Source: Chloroflexota bacterium (GTDB lineage Bacteria > Chloroflexota > UBA11872 > VXOZ01). From it: a stretch of DNA of 64,000 nucleotides. Positions 33,169-43,394 of this stretch are shown one piece after another; within the stretch, counting starts at the first letter, position 1, and each line of letters opens with the position of its first letter. The notes under the pieces are model-generated. The model ran no database searches. It was not told the origin of the DNA and was given only the letters and a program-made list of their open reading frames with translations. The position numbers and the translations under genes were made by a program. The stretch is taken from assembly GCA_965221905.1 (NCBI GenBank), contig OZ244922.1, forward strand, positions 928,001-992,000, written 5' to 3'.

Positions 33169-34134
33169 TCATTTTGATAGCACTTCGGGGTTGACGCAGA
33201 AGTGGGGACGTTCTCCCTGCAATACGCGGGTGATGTCCAGGGCGAGAGTCGTCGCCATCCGTATCATCGCCTCTTCGGTATGGGCGGCCATGTGCGGGCT
33301 GACGATGACGTTCTCCAAGGCAAAGAGTGGGTGGTCCGCAGGCGGTGGTTCTTGCTGCCAGACGTCAACCGCCGCTCCGGCAATCTGGCCCTCCAGCAGC
33401 GCCGTGGCCAGCGCCTGTTCATCCAGGATGCCGCCGCGCGCGCAGTTGATGAGGATGGCCGTGGGCTTCATCAGGCTGAGCTCGCGCGTCCCGATGAGAT
33501 CGCGAGTCTCAGGTGTCAGCGGCGAATGCAGAGAGATGTAGTCGGCCTCTTGCAGCAAGGTCGAAAGGTCTGAAACGAGTTCGACCCCCCGCAGGCGGGC
33601 ATCATCCGGCGAAAGGTACGGATCGTAGGCGATCACGTGCATGTCAAGCGCGGCACGGCACATGCGGGCGACCCGGCTGCCAACCCGGCCCGCACCCACG
33701 ATCCCAAGCGTCTTCCCATAGAGTTCGAAGCCAATGAGGCGCGTGCGCGATTGGAAATCGCCGTTGCGCTGGGCGCGGTCGCCGAGCAGCACCATCTTGC
33801 TCACGGCGAGCATCATCCCCAGCGTGTGCTCCGCCACCGATTCCGCGTTTGCGGCGGGAGTATACAGCACCGGAATGCCGCGCGACGTAGCATACGCCAC
33901 GTCCACGCTATCAACGCCGACGCCGTGCCGGGAAATGGCGCGCAAAGAGGGCGCGGCGTCGATAAGTTCCGGTGTTACTTTAGTGAGGCGAGCGACCAGG
34001 GCGTGGGCGTCACGAATCTGGTCTGTCAAGGGGATACCGCCGGCTTGGCTTGCTTGGCGCACCGTTGCGATCTGCTCCAGAATCGCGATCCCTTGCTCAT
34101 GAATAGGATCGGCTAGGACGATGGTATAGGCCAT
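33169..34134 (-). CDS. D-2-hydroxyacid dehydrogenase (SerA-like, no ACT domain)
   Basis: RHGVGVD, GIVGAGRVG, INCARG, DVWxxEP and SPHMA motifs. Confidence 0.92.
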   Translation of the reverse strand: MAYTIVLADPIHEQGIAILEQIATVRQASQAGGIPLTDQIRDAHALVARLTKVTPELIDAAPSLRAISRHGVGVDSVDVAYATSRGIPVLYTPAANAESVAEHTLGMMLAVSKMVLLGDRAQRNGDFQSRTRLIGFELYGKTLGIVGAGRVGSRVARMCRAALDMHVIAYDPYLSPDDARLRGVELVSDLSTLLQEADYISLHSPLTPETRDLIGTRELSLMKPTAILINCARGGILDEQALATALLEGQIAGAAVDVWQQEPPPADHPLFALENVIVSPHMAAHTEEAMIRMATTLALDITRVLQGERPHFCVNPEVLSK

Positions 34135-34417
34135 TGGCTCTTTCCCCACAGAGGCGACGCAGTCCAGATTTCACGCGCGATCGGCGCCAAATGCATGCTA
34201 TAATGTAGCAGAAGTTCCAACTCTCTGCCAGGCATAGCGCCATTGCTCCGTCAGTGGTCGCTAGCCGCCTGGACGTGTGGATCACACACGCAGGTCTCTG
34301 CGTGCTTTGTTATTTGTAGGCAATATTGCGCGCCTGCAAGTATATGAATGTGTAGCCTGCGGGGGCCGGATTCAGCAGGAATGAGAGAGTATTGACGGCT
34401 AAGGAGAAGACGAGCGC

Positions 34418-35644
34418 ATGGCGCGAGTCGTTCAGAAATACGGCGGCAGTTCGGTAGCATCGGCGGAGCGCATCAGGGCCGTGGCTGCGCGCCTCGCCGC
34501 TGTCCACGATGCCGGCAACAACGTGATCGTCGTGGTCTCCGCCATGGGAGACACCACCGACGACCTCATAGCCCTCGCGCATGAAGTGTCCCGCACGCCG
34601 GGGGGCCGCGACCTGGACCTGCTTCTCTCGACCGGTGAGATCGTTTCCTCTACGTTGCTCTCCATGTGCCTCCGCGATATGGGCTACGATGCTGTCGCGC
34701 TCACCGGCCAGCAAGCGGGGATTCGCACCGACTCATTCTATTCGCGCGCGCGCATCGTTGACATCGACCCTTCACGGATGGAACAAGAACTCGACCAGGG
34801 CCGCATCGTCATTGTGGCCGGATTCCAAGGTGTAACCCACGACCTGGATGTAACCACACTCGGGAGGGGCGGTTCGGACACCACCGCAGTCGCCATCGCA
34901 ATTGCGGTGAAAGCCGCCACCTGCGAGATATATACCGACGTAGACGGCATCTACACCGCCGACCCGCGCGTAATTCCCACCGCACGGAAGCTCAGCCGGA
35001 TTGCCCATGAGGAGATGCTGGAGATGGCAATGCTCGGCGCGCGCGTGATGCACGCCAGGGCGGTAGAGCTGGCAGAACTCTTTGACATGCCCATCGTGGT
35101 GCGTTCATCGTTCAATGACGATTCAGGTACAGTGATCACGCGAGGAGAGGATATGGAGAAAGACGCTAAACGCATTCGCGGTATCGCAGTAGATACCGAC
35201 GTCGCCAAGATTTCTGTGCTCGGCATTCCAGACCGCCCCGGCATTGCCCACGGGCTTTTTCAACCTCTCGCCGACGAAAGCATCAACGTGGACGTAATCG
35301 TGCAGAACATCAGCCACGACGGGATAGCCGATATCTCTTTCACCGTTTCGCGCGACGATTTGGCTAAGACGCTGGAGTTAATCGAAGTTGCCTGCCAGGC
35401 TTTGGGCGCGTCTGACGTGTTGCACTTTGCCAATCTGGCAAAGGTGTCGATCGTGGGCACCGGCATACAGAGCACTCCCGGTGTGGCCGCACGCATGTTC
35501 GGCGCACTGGCAGAACCGGGCATCAACATCGAGAGCATTACGACGAGCGAGATCAGACTTACGTGCCTCGTGCATGAAGACGACGCTGAGCGGGCAGCCA
35601 TATCCCTGCACCACGCGTTTGAGCTAGACCAACCGGAAGAGTAA
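34418..35644 (+). CDS. lysC: Aspartate kinase (alpha/beta type)
   Basis: VQKYGGSS, SAMGDTTD, TTLGRGGSDTTA, DVDGIYTADP; two ACT domains. Confidence 0.96.
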   Translation: MARVVQKYGGSSVASAERIRAVAARLAAVHDAGNNVIVVVSAMGDTTDDLIALAHEVSRTPGGRDLDLLLSTGEIVSSTLLSMCLRDMGYDAVALTGQQAGIRTDSFYSRARIVDIDPSRMEQELDQGRIVIVAGFQGVTHDLDVTTLGRGGSDTTAVAIAIAVKAATCEIYTDVDGIYTADPRVIPTARKLSRIAHEEMLEMAMLGARVMHARAVELAELFDMPIVVRSSFNDDSGTVITRGEDMEKDAKRIRGIAVDTDVAKISVLGIPDRPGIAHGLFQPLADESINVDVIVQNISHDGIADISFTVSRDDLAKTLELIEVACQALGASDVLHFANLAKVSIVGTGIQSTPGVAARMFGALAEPGINIESITTSEIRLTCLVHEDDAERAAISLHHAFELDQPEE

Positions 35645-35749
35645 ACTGAAAGTACTGAGGGTACGCGTGCTGTTGCCCTGGGACGCTCGGCGGCGCCGGG
35701 CGACCGTGACCGGAAGACACTGTAGAGAAGCTACGCAGGCGGTATTTCG

Positions 35750-36283
35750 ATGATCGAGATGGTGATAGAGAAGGTGGGCAGGAACCCGGCCAATCCGACC
35801 CGGCTGGTTGTCCTGCGCGAGAAGGACCAACAGCGTTATCTCGTGATCGTAATCGGCATTGCCGAGGCCGATTCGATTGCGATCAAGCTCCACAAGCACA
35901 GTTTCTCCCGGCCGCTAACCCACGACCTCCTCAGCAGCGTCATAGAGATGCTCGGCGCTACAGTGGTTAGTATCCTCATCAACGATTTGGCGGATCGCAC
36001 CTACTACGCGCGGATCGTGCTCGACCACAATGGACGGCACATCGAAATCGACGCGCGACCTAGCGACGCGATCGCCCTGGCAGTGCGTGTCGATGCGCCA
36101 ATTCTCGTCGCGGAGAGCGTGCTGGATGCTGCGAGTTTTACTCCAGCGAAGGAAGAAGGAGGCGATGGCGAGTCCGGAGAGGAAAGCGCGCACGATCCCG
36201 AGCTTGAGGAACAGCTCGGCGTCTTTCGCGAGTTTATAAACTCCCTCGACGTCGATGACTTGGAGAAACCGAAGCAGGAGTGA
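35750..36283 (+). CDS. Bifunctional nuclease family (DUF151) protein
   Basis: IGxAEAxxI, RPLTHDL and IDARPSDAIALA motifs. Confidence 0.93.
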   Translation: MIEMVIEKVGRNPANPTRLVVLREKDQQRYLVIVIGIAEADSIAIKLHKHSFSRPLTHDLLSSVIEMLGATVVSILINDLADRTYYARIVLDHNGRHIEIDARPSDAIALAVRVDAPILVAESVLDAASFTPAKEEGGDGESGEESAHDPELEEQLGVFREFINSLDVDDLEKPKQE

Positions 36284-36451
36284 GCACTGCGCGGACAAGA
36301 AAATAAATCTGAGCGAGTTCGCGTCCCGTAACTTGGAGTGGTGGGGCGTCTTTGCTTTAAAGACTTGGCGATATGCTTATCATGTCCAGAGCAAATTCGT
36401 GGTGAGGTCTTTGGGCAATTGCAGCATGAAATCCTCTAGGGTACACGGGAA

Positions 36452-37180
36452 TCAAGCTTTACGTTCCGCCAATTTGCTGCCCGGCAGTGGAGGAGTTCCA
36501 GGGTTGACTTCCCGGAATTTTCTATATAGTCGAGGATCAAATGGCTTGGCAGAAACTATCTCGGCTGAAGATATGATCACTCGCGTGTCACTAGCAACGA
36601 TGTCGCTATCAGCTAGTATTACTCCGGTATAGTCAATCTCTATCACCAGCTTTTGCGTTGATTCGTCACGGTATCCACTTTGCAGTGGAGAGAGCTCAAT
36701 GTCAGCATTGCGACCGTTCTTCATGCTTAGCGGATAGCCAATATAGGACTTCCTGTTCTTAAGTGTAATCTCAACGAACATGTCCGATCCGAGAGCTTCG
36801 GCGATAAGTGCTCCAAGTTGGTCGCCTCTCTCTCTCGCAGACTTAATGAAGCCTGCTGCTTCGTTGTAGAACGCCAGCGCAAGGAGCAACCAGATCAATC
36901 CTAGGGCGATGCCTGCAATATAAGCGCCGACGTAGAATCCGAATGGTGAAAGCGATCCCCATGTTTCAGAGATTCGTAGAACCCAATCTGCAGAAGCAAA
37001 AGTGTGCCCAATAATCGAACCAAGTACATAGGGCACACCCACGAGACCATAGCCGACAAGTGCAGACTTGAAGAAGAGATGGTAGCCGGATTCGTGGGGT
37101 ATCGTCAAACGGGTGCGTTTTGAGGCCTTAAGGAAGAAATATCCAATTAGAGCGGGAAAGAGTGTCGATACTAGATCCAT
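36452..37180 (-). CDS. Hypothetical protein, 3 N-terminal TM helices plus a beta-rich C-terminal domain
   Basis: 242-aa ORF with lower GC; EITLKNRKSYIGY and PLQSGYRD segments. Confidence 0.75.
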   Translation of the reverse strand: MDLVSTLFPALIGYFFLKASKRTRLTIPHESGYHLFFKSALVGYGLVGVPYVLGSIIGHTFASADWVLRISETWGSLSPFGFYVGAYIAGIALGLIWLLLALAFYNEAAGFIKSARERGDQLGALIAEALGSDMFVEITLKNRKSYIGYPLSMKNGRNADIELSPLQSGYRDESTQKLVIEIDYTGVILADSDIVASDTRVIISSAEIVSAKPFDPRLYRKFREVNPGTPPLPGSKLAERKA

Positions 37181-37369
37181 CTAGGACTCGGCTACAGTTG
37201 GACTATCCTTTGGTGAGGACTCTGCCATTGGCCCAAGTTCATTGAGTTCTCTGATTTTTTCGCGAATTGTTGGGTTCTTGAACACGTCTTCCGGCTTGAC
37301 ATACAGTCCCCCATTTCCATCCGCATAAACCCTAATCTTCTTCTCTTTTTCGCCACTAGATTCAAGCAT
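37181..37369 (-). CDS. Small hypothetical protein coupled to the downstream membrane protein
   Basis: Its TAG stop directly abuts the next ATG (TAGATG); same lower-GC composition. Confidence 0.55.
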   Translation of the reverse strand: MLESSGEKEKKIRVYADGNGGLYVKPEDVFKNPTIREKIRELNELGPMAESSPKDSPTVAES

Positions 37370-37585
37370 CTTGCACATTCCAATCTGCTTCTTTCCAGGA
37401 CACCCCCTTAATCCTATTCTCATTCGTAGTATTGTAGCAAGTCATCGACGACCAACTGCGCACAGACCCCAGGTTGCTTCAGGAATTTACCAACTTTCCG
37501 TCTACTCTCTCTGCTGAGCACACAACACTGTAGTGGATTGATCACCGATTGATCGTTGGCCATAAATTTCTTGGAGACATTTACG

Positions 37586-38587
37586 TCAAGCCGTCACGTG
37601 CTCGAGGAGTTTCCCTAGAGAGACGGTATCTTGCGCGAGAAGCCGACGTAATGCGCGGCCGGAGACCGAATCTGAAGCAGCCAACGCAACTGCGGCTTGG
37701 AATTCGGCTGCTGAGAAGTCGCCTTCCGGTTCTGCCAAGAGTGCGTCTCGAATCCGCAGCCTCAGCGCGTAGCAGTCAATCTTTTCTCCACTTGGCAGCA
37801 CGACCGGAGCTGTGTAGACGCCCGTTGCAGCGATGAAGTCTTGCACGAATTCAGGCACCGCAGTCGCACCGGCGGCGCTGCCACTGCCTTGAGCATATGC
37901 CGTACGAACGCTCGTTGATGAGAGCGCGGGGTCATGGTAGGCGGGCAGCGTGGTCAGTGCCGCAATATGCTCGCGATACATGCGATTTTCCTTCTGATCA
38001 AGCAGGTTGTCCAGTGCCTGTGTACCGTGCGTACCGCGTTCTGCGACCAGGAATCGCGCGAGCGAAAAGAGCCGGTCAAGGCTGGCTTTGCGATCGGTAT
38101 AGTAGCGGGGATCGAGTATCTGCTGAATCTTGTCGTAGCCCACAACGAAAACCAGCTCCCGCCCGGGCGCGACCATGGCTCTGTGCAGCGCCTCGGCTTG
38201 GTCAACGTAGAGGCCGCGATTGCAGAGCACAACACCCACATTCGGCCGCGATTGTGTGAGCGATTCGAGCATGCAGAGACGGTCTTCCAGGCACACGCCG
38301 GTGACCTCCTCCTTATCTACGGTGTGAATCGCCAGCAAGAACCAGACCGCGTCTATGTTCGGTTGCTGCAGCGCGCCGTCGCAAAGGCTGAGGTGCGCGT
38401 ACGTTACCGGGTTAAACGACCCCGCCACCACCGCTACGTTGCGGTCTGACTCTTTCTGGGGCGGCCGAATGGCTGGTGCCCCAGGGGGTACAACTACGCG
38501 GGCTTCAGGGGGTGAAACGTGTGCAAGTGCGGCGACGTGCCTGTGCCAGGCACGCAATCGCTGCACGTCATACATATGATTTTTCAC
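37586..38587 (-). CDS. HIGH-superfamily nucleotidyltransferase (NMN/NaMN adenylyltransferase-like, divergent)
   Basis: GSFNPVTYAH, VGYDKxxQILDPRYY and LSSTxVR motifs. Confidence 0.8.
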   Translation of the reverse strand: MKNHMYDVQRLRAWHRHVAALAHVSPPEARVVVPPGAPAIRPPQKESDRNVAVVAGSFNPVTYAHLSLCDGALQQPNIDAVWFLLAIHTVDKEEVTGVCLEDRLCMLESLTQSRPNVGVVLCNRGLYVDQAEALHRAMVAPGRELVFVVGYDKIQQILDPRYYTDRKASLDRLFSLARFLVAERGTHGTQALDNLLDQKENRMYREHIAALTTLPAYHDPALSSTSVRTAYAQGSGSAAGATAVPEFVQDFIAATGVYTAPVVLPSGEKIDCYALRLRIRDALLAEPEGDFSAAEFQAAVALAASDSVSGRALRRLLAQDTVSLGKLLEHVTA

Positions 38588-39083
38588 CGCCTCACTCTTT
38601 CATGCCCCCAGCAATGACGGCTCTTGCGTAGCGCGAGCGGTTGTCCTTCGCTTCTTGCGCTAAGGATCGGACACCGCATGGGGCCTGCTGCTTCGCCAAT
38701 CAAATCTCAATGCTCCTCGGAATCGTTGCTTTGGTGCGTGCTCTCCCAGGCATCCGGCTGCTTGGTGCAAGCCTCAACACCATGAGAGAAATCGCGGTTG
38801 AGGACGGTAGTAGGCAGAATAGCGGGATAGCGGCTCCGGGGCAAGAGGCGGAACGCGGTTCATTGCGGGGCATCTGCCGTTGCATCCGGTGCTGTATACC
38901 CGGCAAAGGCAGCACCGCTATAATGAGAGTCCATGGTGACAACGCTAATCAAATGCCGCGCAGACCGGCCGCAGAGTCCACCGCTTTAGCAACGGCGGAC
39001 TAATAGTTGCGAAAGAAGAGAGCGGCCCAAGAGTCCGCAATGGCAAAGTACGCGGATTTTCATCCCTAAGAAGGCGGACACAT

Positions 39084-39935
39084 ATGGCTGACGAAAGCAA
39101 TTTTACCAACCAAACTCCTTCGATCACACTCTCCGCCGGCTCGCTTTATACGTATGGTTTGGCGCGAACCTTTGAATTGATGAAGGGCTCCGCGTTTGAC
39201 GGTGTGGAAGTCATCGTTGACGATCGCTGGGATACCCGCCAAGCGGAATACATCAATGCACTCACTGCGCAGTGGGGCATTCCTGTTTGCAGTGTACACG
39301 CGCCGTTTAGAACCATACCGGAAATGGGGGCGGACTATCCCGGCACGCTCAGGGCGACGATACGCTTGGCCGAAGAAGTCGGCGCGCGCACGGTTGTCAT
39401 TCACCCTATTTCGCGAGGCACGCCTGACCTTGCTGAATGGCTGCTGCAGAACCTCGCCGACCTGCAAGCACAGACCCCATTGCTGCTCACTGTCGAGAAT
39501 ATGCCCCGCATATTGGTGAAACGCTTGGGAATCTTGCAGCGGGACGTTCACGAATTTTGGTACCCGGAGGCCATGCGCTCCTTTCCGGCGCTGACGATGG
39601 ATACGACGCACTTTGGCGTCTCGAAAATCGACATCTTGGAAGCGTGGCAACAGCTACACACTACGGTGCGGCATATCCACCTTTCGGACGAATACAATGG
39701 CCGGGAACACCTCTTTCCCGGCGAGGGCACGCTGCCGCTTGCGGACTTTCTTAACGAATTGAGCCGCAGCCGCTTTGGGGGCAACCTCGTGGTGGAGCTT
39801 CACCCCTATGCACTGCATGCGGGGCGCTCTGATGAGAAGGTGCGCGACCGCATCCACCGGGCGTCTGCCTTTTGCCGTGAGCACTTGCACTTGGAAGCAG
39901 CTCAAGCAGAGCCTGCAGGACAGACGAGCAGATAG
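39084..39935 (+). CDS. Sugar phosphate isomerase/epimerase (xylose-isomerase-like TIM barrel)
   Basis: DGVE, SVHAP, VENMP, DTTH, HIHLSD and HLFPGEG motifs. Confidence 0.88.
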   Translation: MADESNFTNQTPSITLSAGSLYTYGLARTFELMKGSAFDGVEVIVDDRWDTRQAEYINALTAQWGIPVCSVHAPFRTIPEMGADYPGTLRATIRLAEEVGARTVVIHPISRGTPDLAEWLLQNLADLQAQTPLLLTVENMPRILVKRLGILQRDVHEFWYPEAMRSFPALTMDTTHFGVSKIDILEAWQQLHTTVRHIHLSDEYNGREHLFPGEGTLPLADFLNELSRSRFGGNLVVELHPYALHAGRSDEKVRDRIHRASAFCREHLHLEAAQAEPAGQTSR

Positions 39936-40017
39936 TCGCGGCCCGGAGGGTTGGCGGTGAATCTGCGGGTCACGCCAGTGCGATACGGCAGCACGGGGCC
40001 GGATTGCCGGGGAAAAA

Positions 40018-40053
40018 CCCTCATCCTAGCCTTCTCCCTCGGGGAGAAGGGAC
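40018..40053. repeat. Short palindromic repeat (CCCTCATCCTAGCCTTCTCCC...GGGAGAAGGG) between convergent genes
   Basis: Hairpin; a degenerate relative may lie at about 62935-62960. Confidence 0.5.
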
Positions 40054-40120
40054 TTTCTTCTGCTGCCGCAGTCTTACGCAGGACGCCGGTCGCGCCACGC
40101 TCCGACGCAAAGAAGAGACT

Positions 40121-41365
40121 CTACACGGCAACTCGTTGCAGTTGGTCCACGTGGCGGCGCACCTTGGCGATGCCCTCCGCAATATCGTCCATGTCCGACT
40201 CTTCCGCCAGCAGGGTCACGTGGCCCATGGCGATGCCCTCTTCCCTAGTGACAAGCTCGGACTCCGGACAATCCATCACGCGGAATTTTCCCGCGCCGCC
40301 GACAATGTCGCCGGATTCAAGGTCGAGCATAGGATTCTCATAGATCGGCCGCGGGTGGCCGCCGGAGACCGGCACGCCCTCCGCGTGGGCAGCGCGTAGG
40401 AAGGTCTCTTTGTCCGTGCCGAATTGCTCCGGCTTTAGGCGGAACGTATAGATATGCATCCCGTGCTGGGTGACCTCGGGCGGAATCGGCGGCGGCTCGA
40501 TGCCGTCTATTTGCGCCAAGAGGTTGGAGAGGTATTTTGCGTTGCGGTTGCGCTTCTTCGTTTGTTCGTCGAAGCGTGACAGTTGCCCCAGCAGAATTGC
40601 CGCCAGGAACTCGTTCATGGGGTAGTGGCCGCCCAACTCGTAGTGCACGTAGCCCGGTTCACCCTTGGCTCGGCCAAAGCTGGAGAGCGTATAGAGCCAG
40701 CGCTCGGCAAGCTCCTCGTGGTTGGTGGTGAGCATGCCGCCCTCGCCGGTGCTCATGTTCTTGCCGCCGCCTAAGCTATAGGAACTGGCGTCGCCCATGC
40801 CGCCAAGTTTCTTGCCCTTCCACTCCGCGCCGTGGGCATGGGCGGCATCGACGATGATCGCCAGGTCGTGCTTGCGGGCGATTTCCTCAAACCGTTCCAT
40901 GTCCGCTGGGTAGCCGCCATAATGCACCGGGCTGATGGCGCGCGTGCGCGGCGTAATGGCCTCTTCGGTGCGGTCGGGATCAAGGCATAGCGAACCCGGA
41001 TGAATATCCGCCATTACCGCAGTCGCGCCAAGGTACATGGGCGCAAATGCGGTGGCGATGAACGTGAAGGCCGGTACGATCACCTCATCTCCTGCGCCGA
41101 CGCCAAACGCCTTTAGTCCAATCTCCAGGCCGGCGGTGCAACTGATAAGCCCAATGCCGAATCGGGCGTCGTGATAGGCGGCGAACTGCTCCTGCGCCGC
41201 GGTCTTCATGGGCCCGTGCGCTGTGCCGCCCCACGTTCTACTCTCGAAGACCTCTTGCACGTTGCGCAGTTCGCGTTCATCGTATTGCGGCCACTTCGGC
41301 CAACGCTTCGAGCCGTCCCGAACCGGTGTCCCGCCATGCAGGGCAAGTCGCTCCATAACACCCAC
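40121..41365 (-). CDS. DegT/DnrJ/EryC1/StrS PLP-dependent aminotransferase
   Basis: LALHGGTPVR, GDEVIVPAFTFIAT, DAAHAHG and SxxxxKNMSTGEGG motifs. Confidence 0.94.
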   Translation of the reverse strand: MGVMERLALHGGTPVRDGSKRWPKWPQYDERELRNVQEVFESRTWGGTAHGPMKTAAQEQFAAYHDARFGIGLISCTAGLEIGLKAFGVGAGDEVIVPAFTFIATAFAPMYLGATAVMADIHPGSLCLDPDRTEEAITPRTRAISPVHYGGYPADMERFEEIARKHDLAIIVDAAHAHGAEWKGKKLGGMGDASSYSLGGGKNMSTGEGGMLTTNHEELAERWLYTLSSFGRAKGEPGYVHYELGGHYPMNEFLAAILLGQLSRFDEQTKKRNRNAKYLSNLLAQIDGIEPPPIPPEVTQHGMHIYTFRLKPEQFGTDKETFLRAAHAEGVPVSGGHPRPIYENPMLDLESGDIVGGAGKFRVMDCPESELVTREEGIAMGHVTLLAEESDMDDIAEGIAKVRRHVDQLQRVAV

Positions 41366-41569
41366 TCCTGTTTGTCCAAGTATTCAGAGAATCTCGACAC
41401 ACGTCAGTGCACAATTCACGCCGGTAATTCTTGACGCAATTATATACCCTTTGGCCGGAACTGTGCTCCTGTCAAACGAACGAGGGAATAGCCTTGTAAG
41501 CTACTCCCTCGTGTCGGACCGACGAGGCGATTGGCAACCTTAACCGGTTACTACGCCTCAGACGACCTA

Positions 41570-42958
41570 CTATTCCCGATGCTCGTCGGGCCGGCGGTCG
41601 ATAATCTCTTGGAGAATTCTCGCCGATTCGCGCAGGCCTTCAGGCACGGTAAGTTCGCCTCTGAGCGCGCTGTACCATGGCTGCTGCAGCGGCCCCCAGG
41701 CCTCGTTGAACTCAGGCAGGCGCAGGAAGTTGTGGCCTTCCTCGGCCCACGCCTGGATGGCGTCCTGGACGTTTGTGCCTTCGAAGCGCGACGCCCACCC
41801 GGGGTGGGAGGCGTGCTCGATGATGGAGGGCCAGGACGTCCAGCCAAAGTACTCGGAACCGGTAGCGCCCTCATCCGAGCCGAGCCACTTCAGGAAGTCC
41901 CACACGGAATCCTGCACTTTGGAAAGACCCATGACGGAGTGGGCGTTGCCGACCACGGTTGCCGTGCCGCGCTCACCACGGGGTGGCCTGGTCACACTTA
42001 GGTTTTCACCCAAGTGCTGCTGGGAGGCGTTGTAGCGAAAGACGCCGTTGAACTCCATGGCGATGTGCCCAAGCTCCAGAATGCCGATACCGGACCGGCC
42101 TGCCAGAAGCTCTCTGACTATCTCGCTCGGCGGTGTGAACTCATGTTTCAGGTGCAGGTCCACGTTGAACTGGGCGCCGGCGTGCGACTTTGGATCTTCG
42201 CCGTAGAGTACCCTGTTGCCGTCTTCGGTCAACTCCTCTCCGCCAAAATTGAGCATGAACGTACTGGCCATGTAGAAGAGGCTGTTTTGACCGACCCGCA
42301 CGGCCCAGCGGTTGTCCTCAGGCTTGTGCAGCTTCTGACACATGTCGATCATGTCGTCATAGGTCCACTGCCCGTCCGGATAATTCAGACCGGCTTCATC
42401 GAAGAACTGCTTGTTAAAGAGCACCAACTCGCCGCCGGATTGGGTGGGGATGGCGTACAACTTGCCGGCCCAGCTCCAGGCTTTGATGTCAGCGGGATAG
42501 TAGCGGCTGATGTCGATATTGTCACGCTGCATCAACGGTATGTGGTCGACGAACATGCCGTTGAACCCGCCAAAGAAGACCCAGTTGACCTGATTCATTG
42601 AAATGTCCACGTCGGCCGTGCCGGCGGCAAAGGCTGTCTTCCGCCGGTCCCAGATGCCGCTATACTCACCGGGAATTACGTTGAACTCGACGTTCAACTC
42701 CTCTTCGGCCAGATCGAGCGTGGCCAGGTACGGCGCGTGGCGCCCGTCGGACTCGGTGAAGTACTCATCGATGTTGATGACGGGTATCACGGCCTCGGGC
42801 ATGGCCTCTTTGGCCTTGGGCTCCTCAGCCATTTCTTCTGCGGGCGCAGTTGTGGCAGCCGGCATTGCGCCGCAGGCAGCGAGCGCCAGCACACTAGCCA
42901 TGCCACCGGCGCCAATGAACAGGCGCCTACGCGTAAGCAAATTCGATCGTGTCTTCAT
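41570..42958 (-). CDS. ABC sugar-type substrate-binding lipoprotein (Tat signal)
   Basis: TRRRLF...LAAC, flexible linker, GKLYAIP, FNKxxFDEAG and WTYDD motifs. Confidence 0.9.
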   Translation of the reverse strand: MKTRSNLLTRRRLFIGAGGMASVLALAACGAMPAATTAPAEEMAEEPKAKEAMPEAVIPVINIDEYFTESDGRHAPYLATLDLAEEELNVEFNVIPGEYSGIWDRRKTAFAAGTADVDISMNQVNWVFFGGFNGMFVDHIPLMQRDNIDISRYYPADIKAWSWAGKLYAIPTQSGGELVLFNKQFFDEAGLNYPDGQWTYDDMIDMCQKLHKPEDNRWAVRVGQNSLFYMASTFMLNFGGEELTEDGNRVLYGEDPKSHAGAQFNVDLHLKHEFTPPSEIVRELLAGRSGIGILELGHIAMEFNGVFRYNASQQHLGENLSVTRPPRGERGTATVVGNAHSVMGLSKVQDSVWDFLKWLGSDEGATGSEYFGWTSWPSIIEHASHPGWASRFEGTNVQDAIQAWAEEGHNFLRLPEFNEAWGPLQQPWYSALRGELTVPEGLRESARILQEIIDRRPDEHRE

Positions 42959-43394
42959 CGCAAATGACCTCCTCCGGTCAATGGCGTACGTACACTGTAG
43001 CTGTGCGTTGCTAAGCCAACTGAAAACGAGAACGAGGACCGGCTTAGAGCGTCACAGCCCTTGGGAAGCGCTGATTGTGTGGCCTCCTTTCGTCAAAATG
43101 CTCCAAACACACATCTTATCAATGCTGTATTGTAGCACAGTACCGCAAGAATAACTGTGTCAATAATTCTTTTTCGGAATCTTACGTGCCATCCTCGTCC
43201 GTGAAAGTGCCCGTGCGCGGACATTCGCGTTGGCCGAATGCAATTCTGCCTGCAGATTTGCTTTCGCAAGAGCTTGGATGAAGGATTGTTGGCGGCCATT
43301 GGTTGACAAGGCGTTCGCCAGCGCCTATGTTCATTGCTAGTACTTCGGATGAGCCATATCGTGTTAAACGTCCCACCAAGAGAAAGTCTGTTCT

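Noticed and set aside
34200-34417. Lysine riboswitch or T-box upstream of lysC
   Set aside because: Some hairpins are present, but I could not identify the conserved motifs; an Rfam scan would decide.
38590-39080. ncRNA or small genes in the intergenic region
   Set aside because: Only short hairpins and ORFs without motifs; nothing supportable.
42960-43140. Riboswitch in the structured leader of the SBP gene (minus strand)
   Set aside because: A stem (GCTGTG..CTAAGCC/GGCTTAG..CACAGC) is visible but matches no class I recognise.
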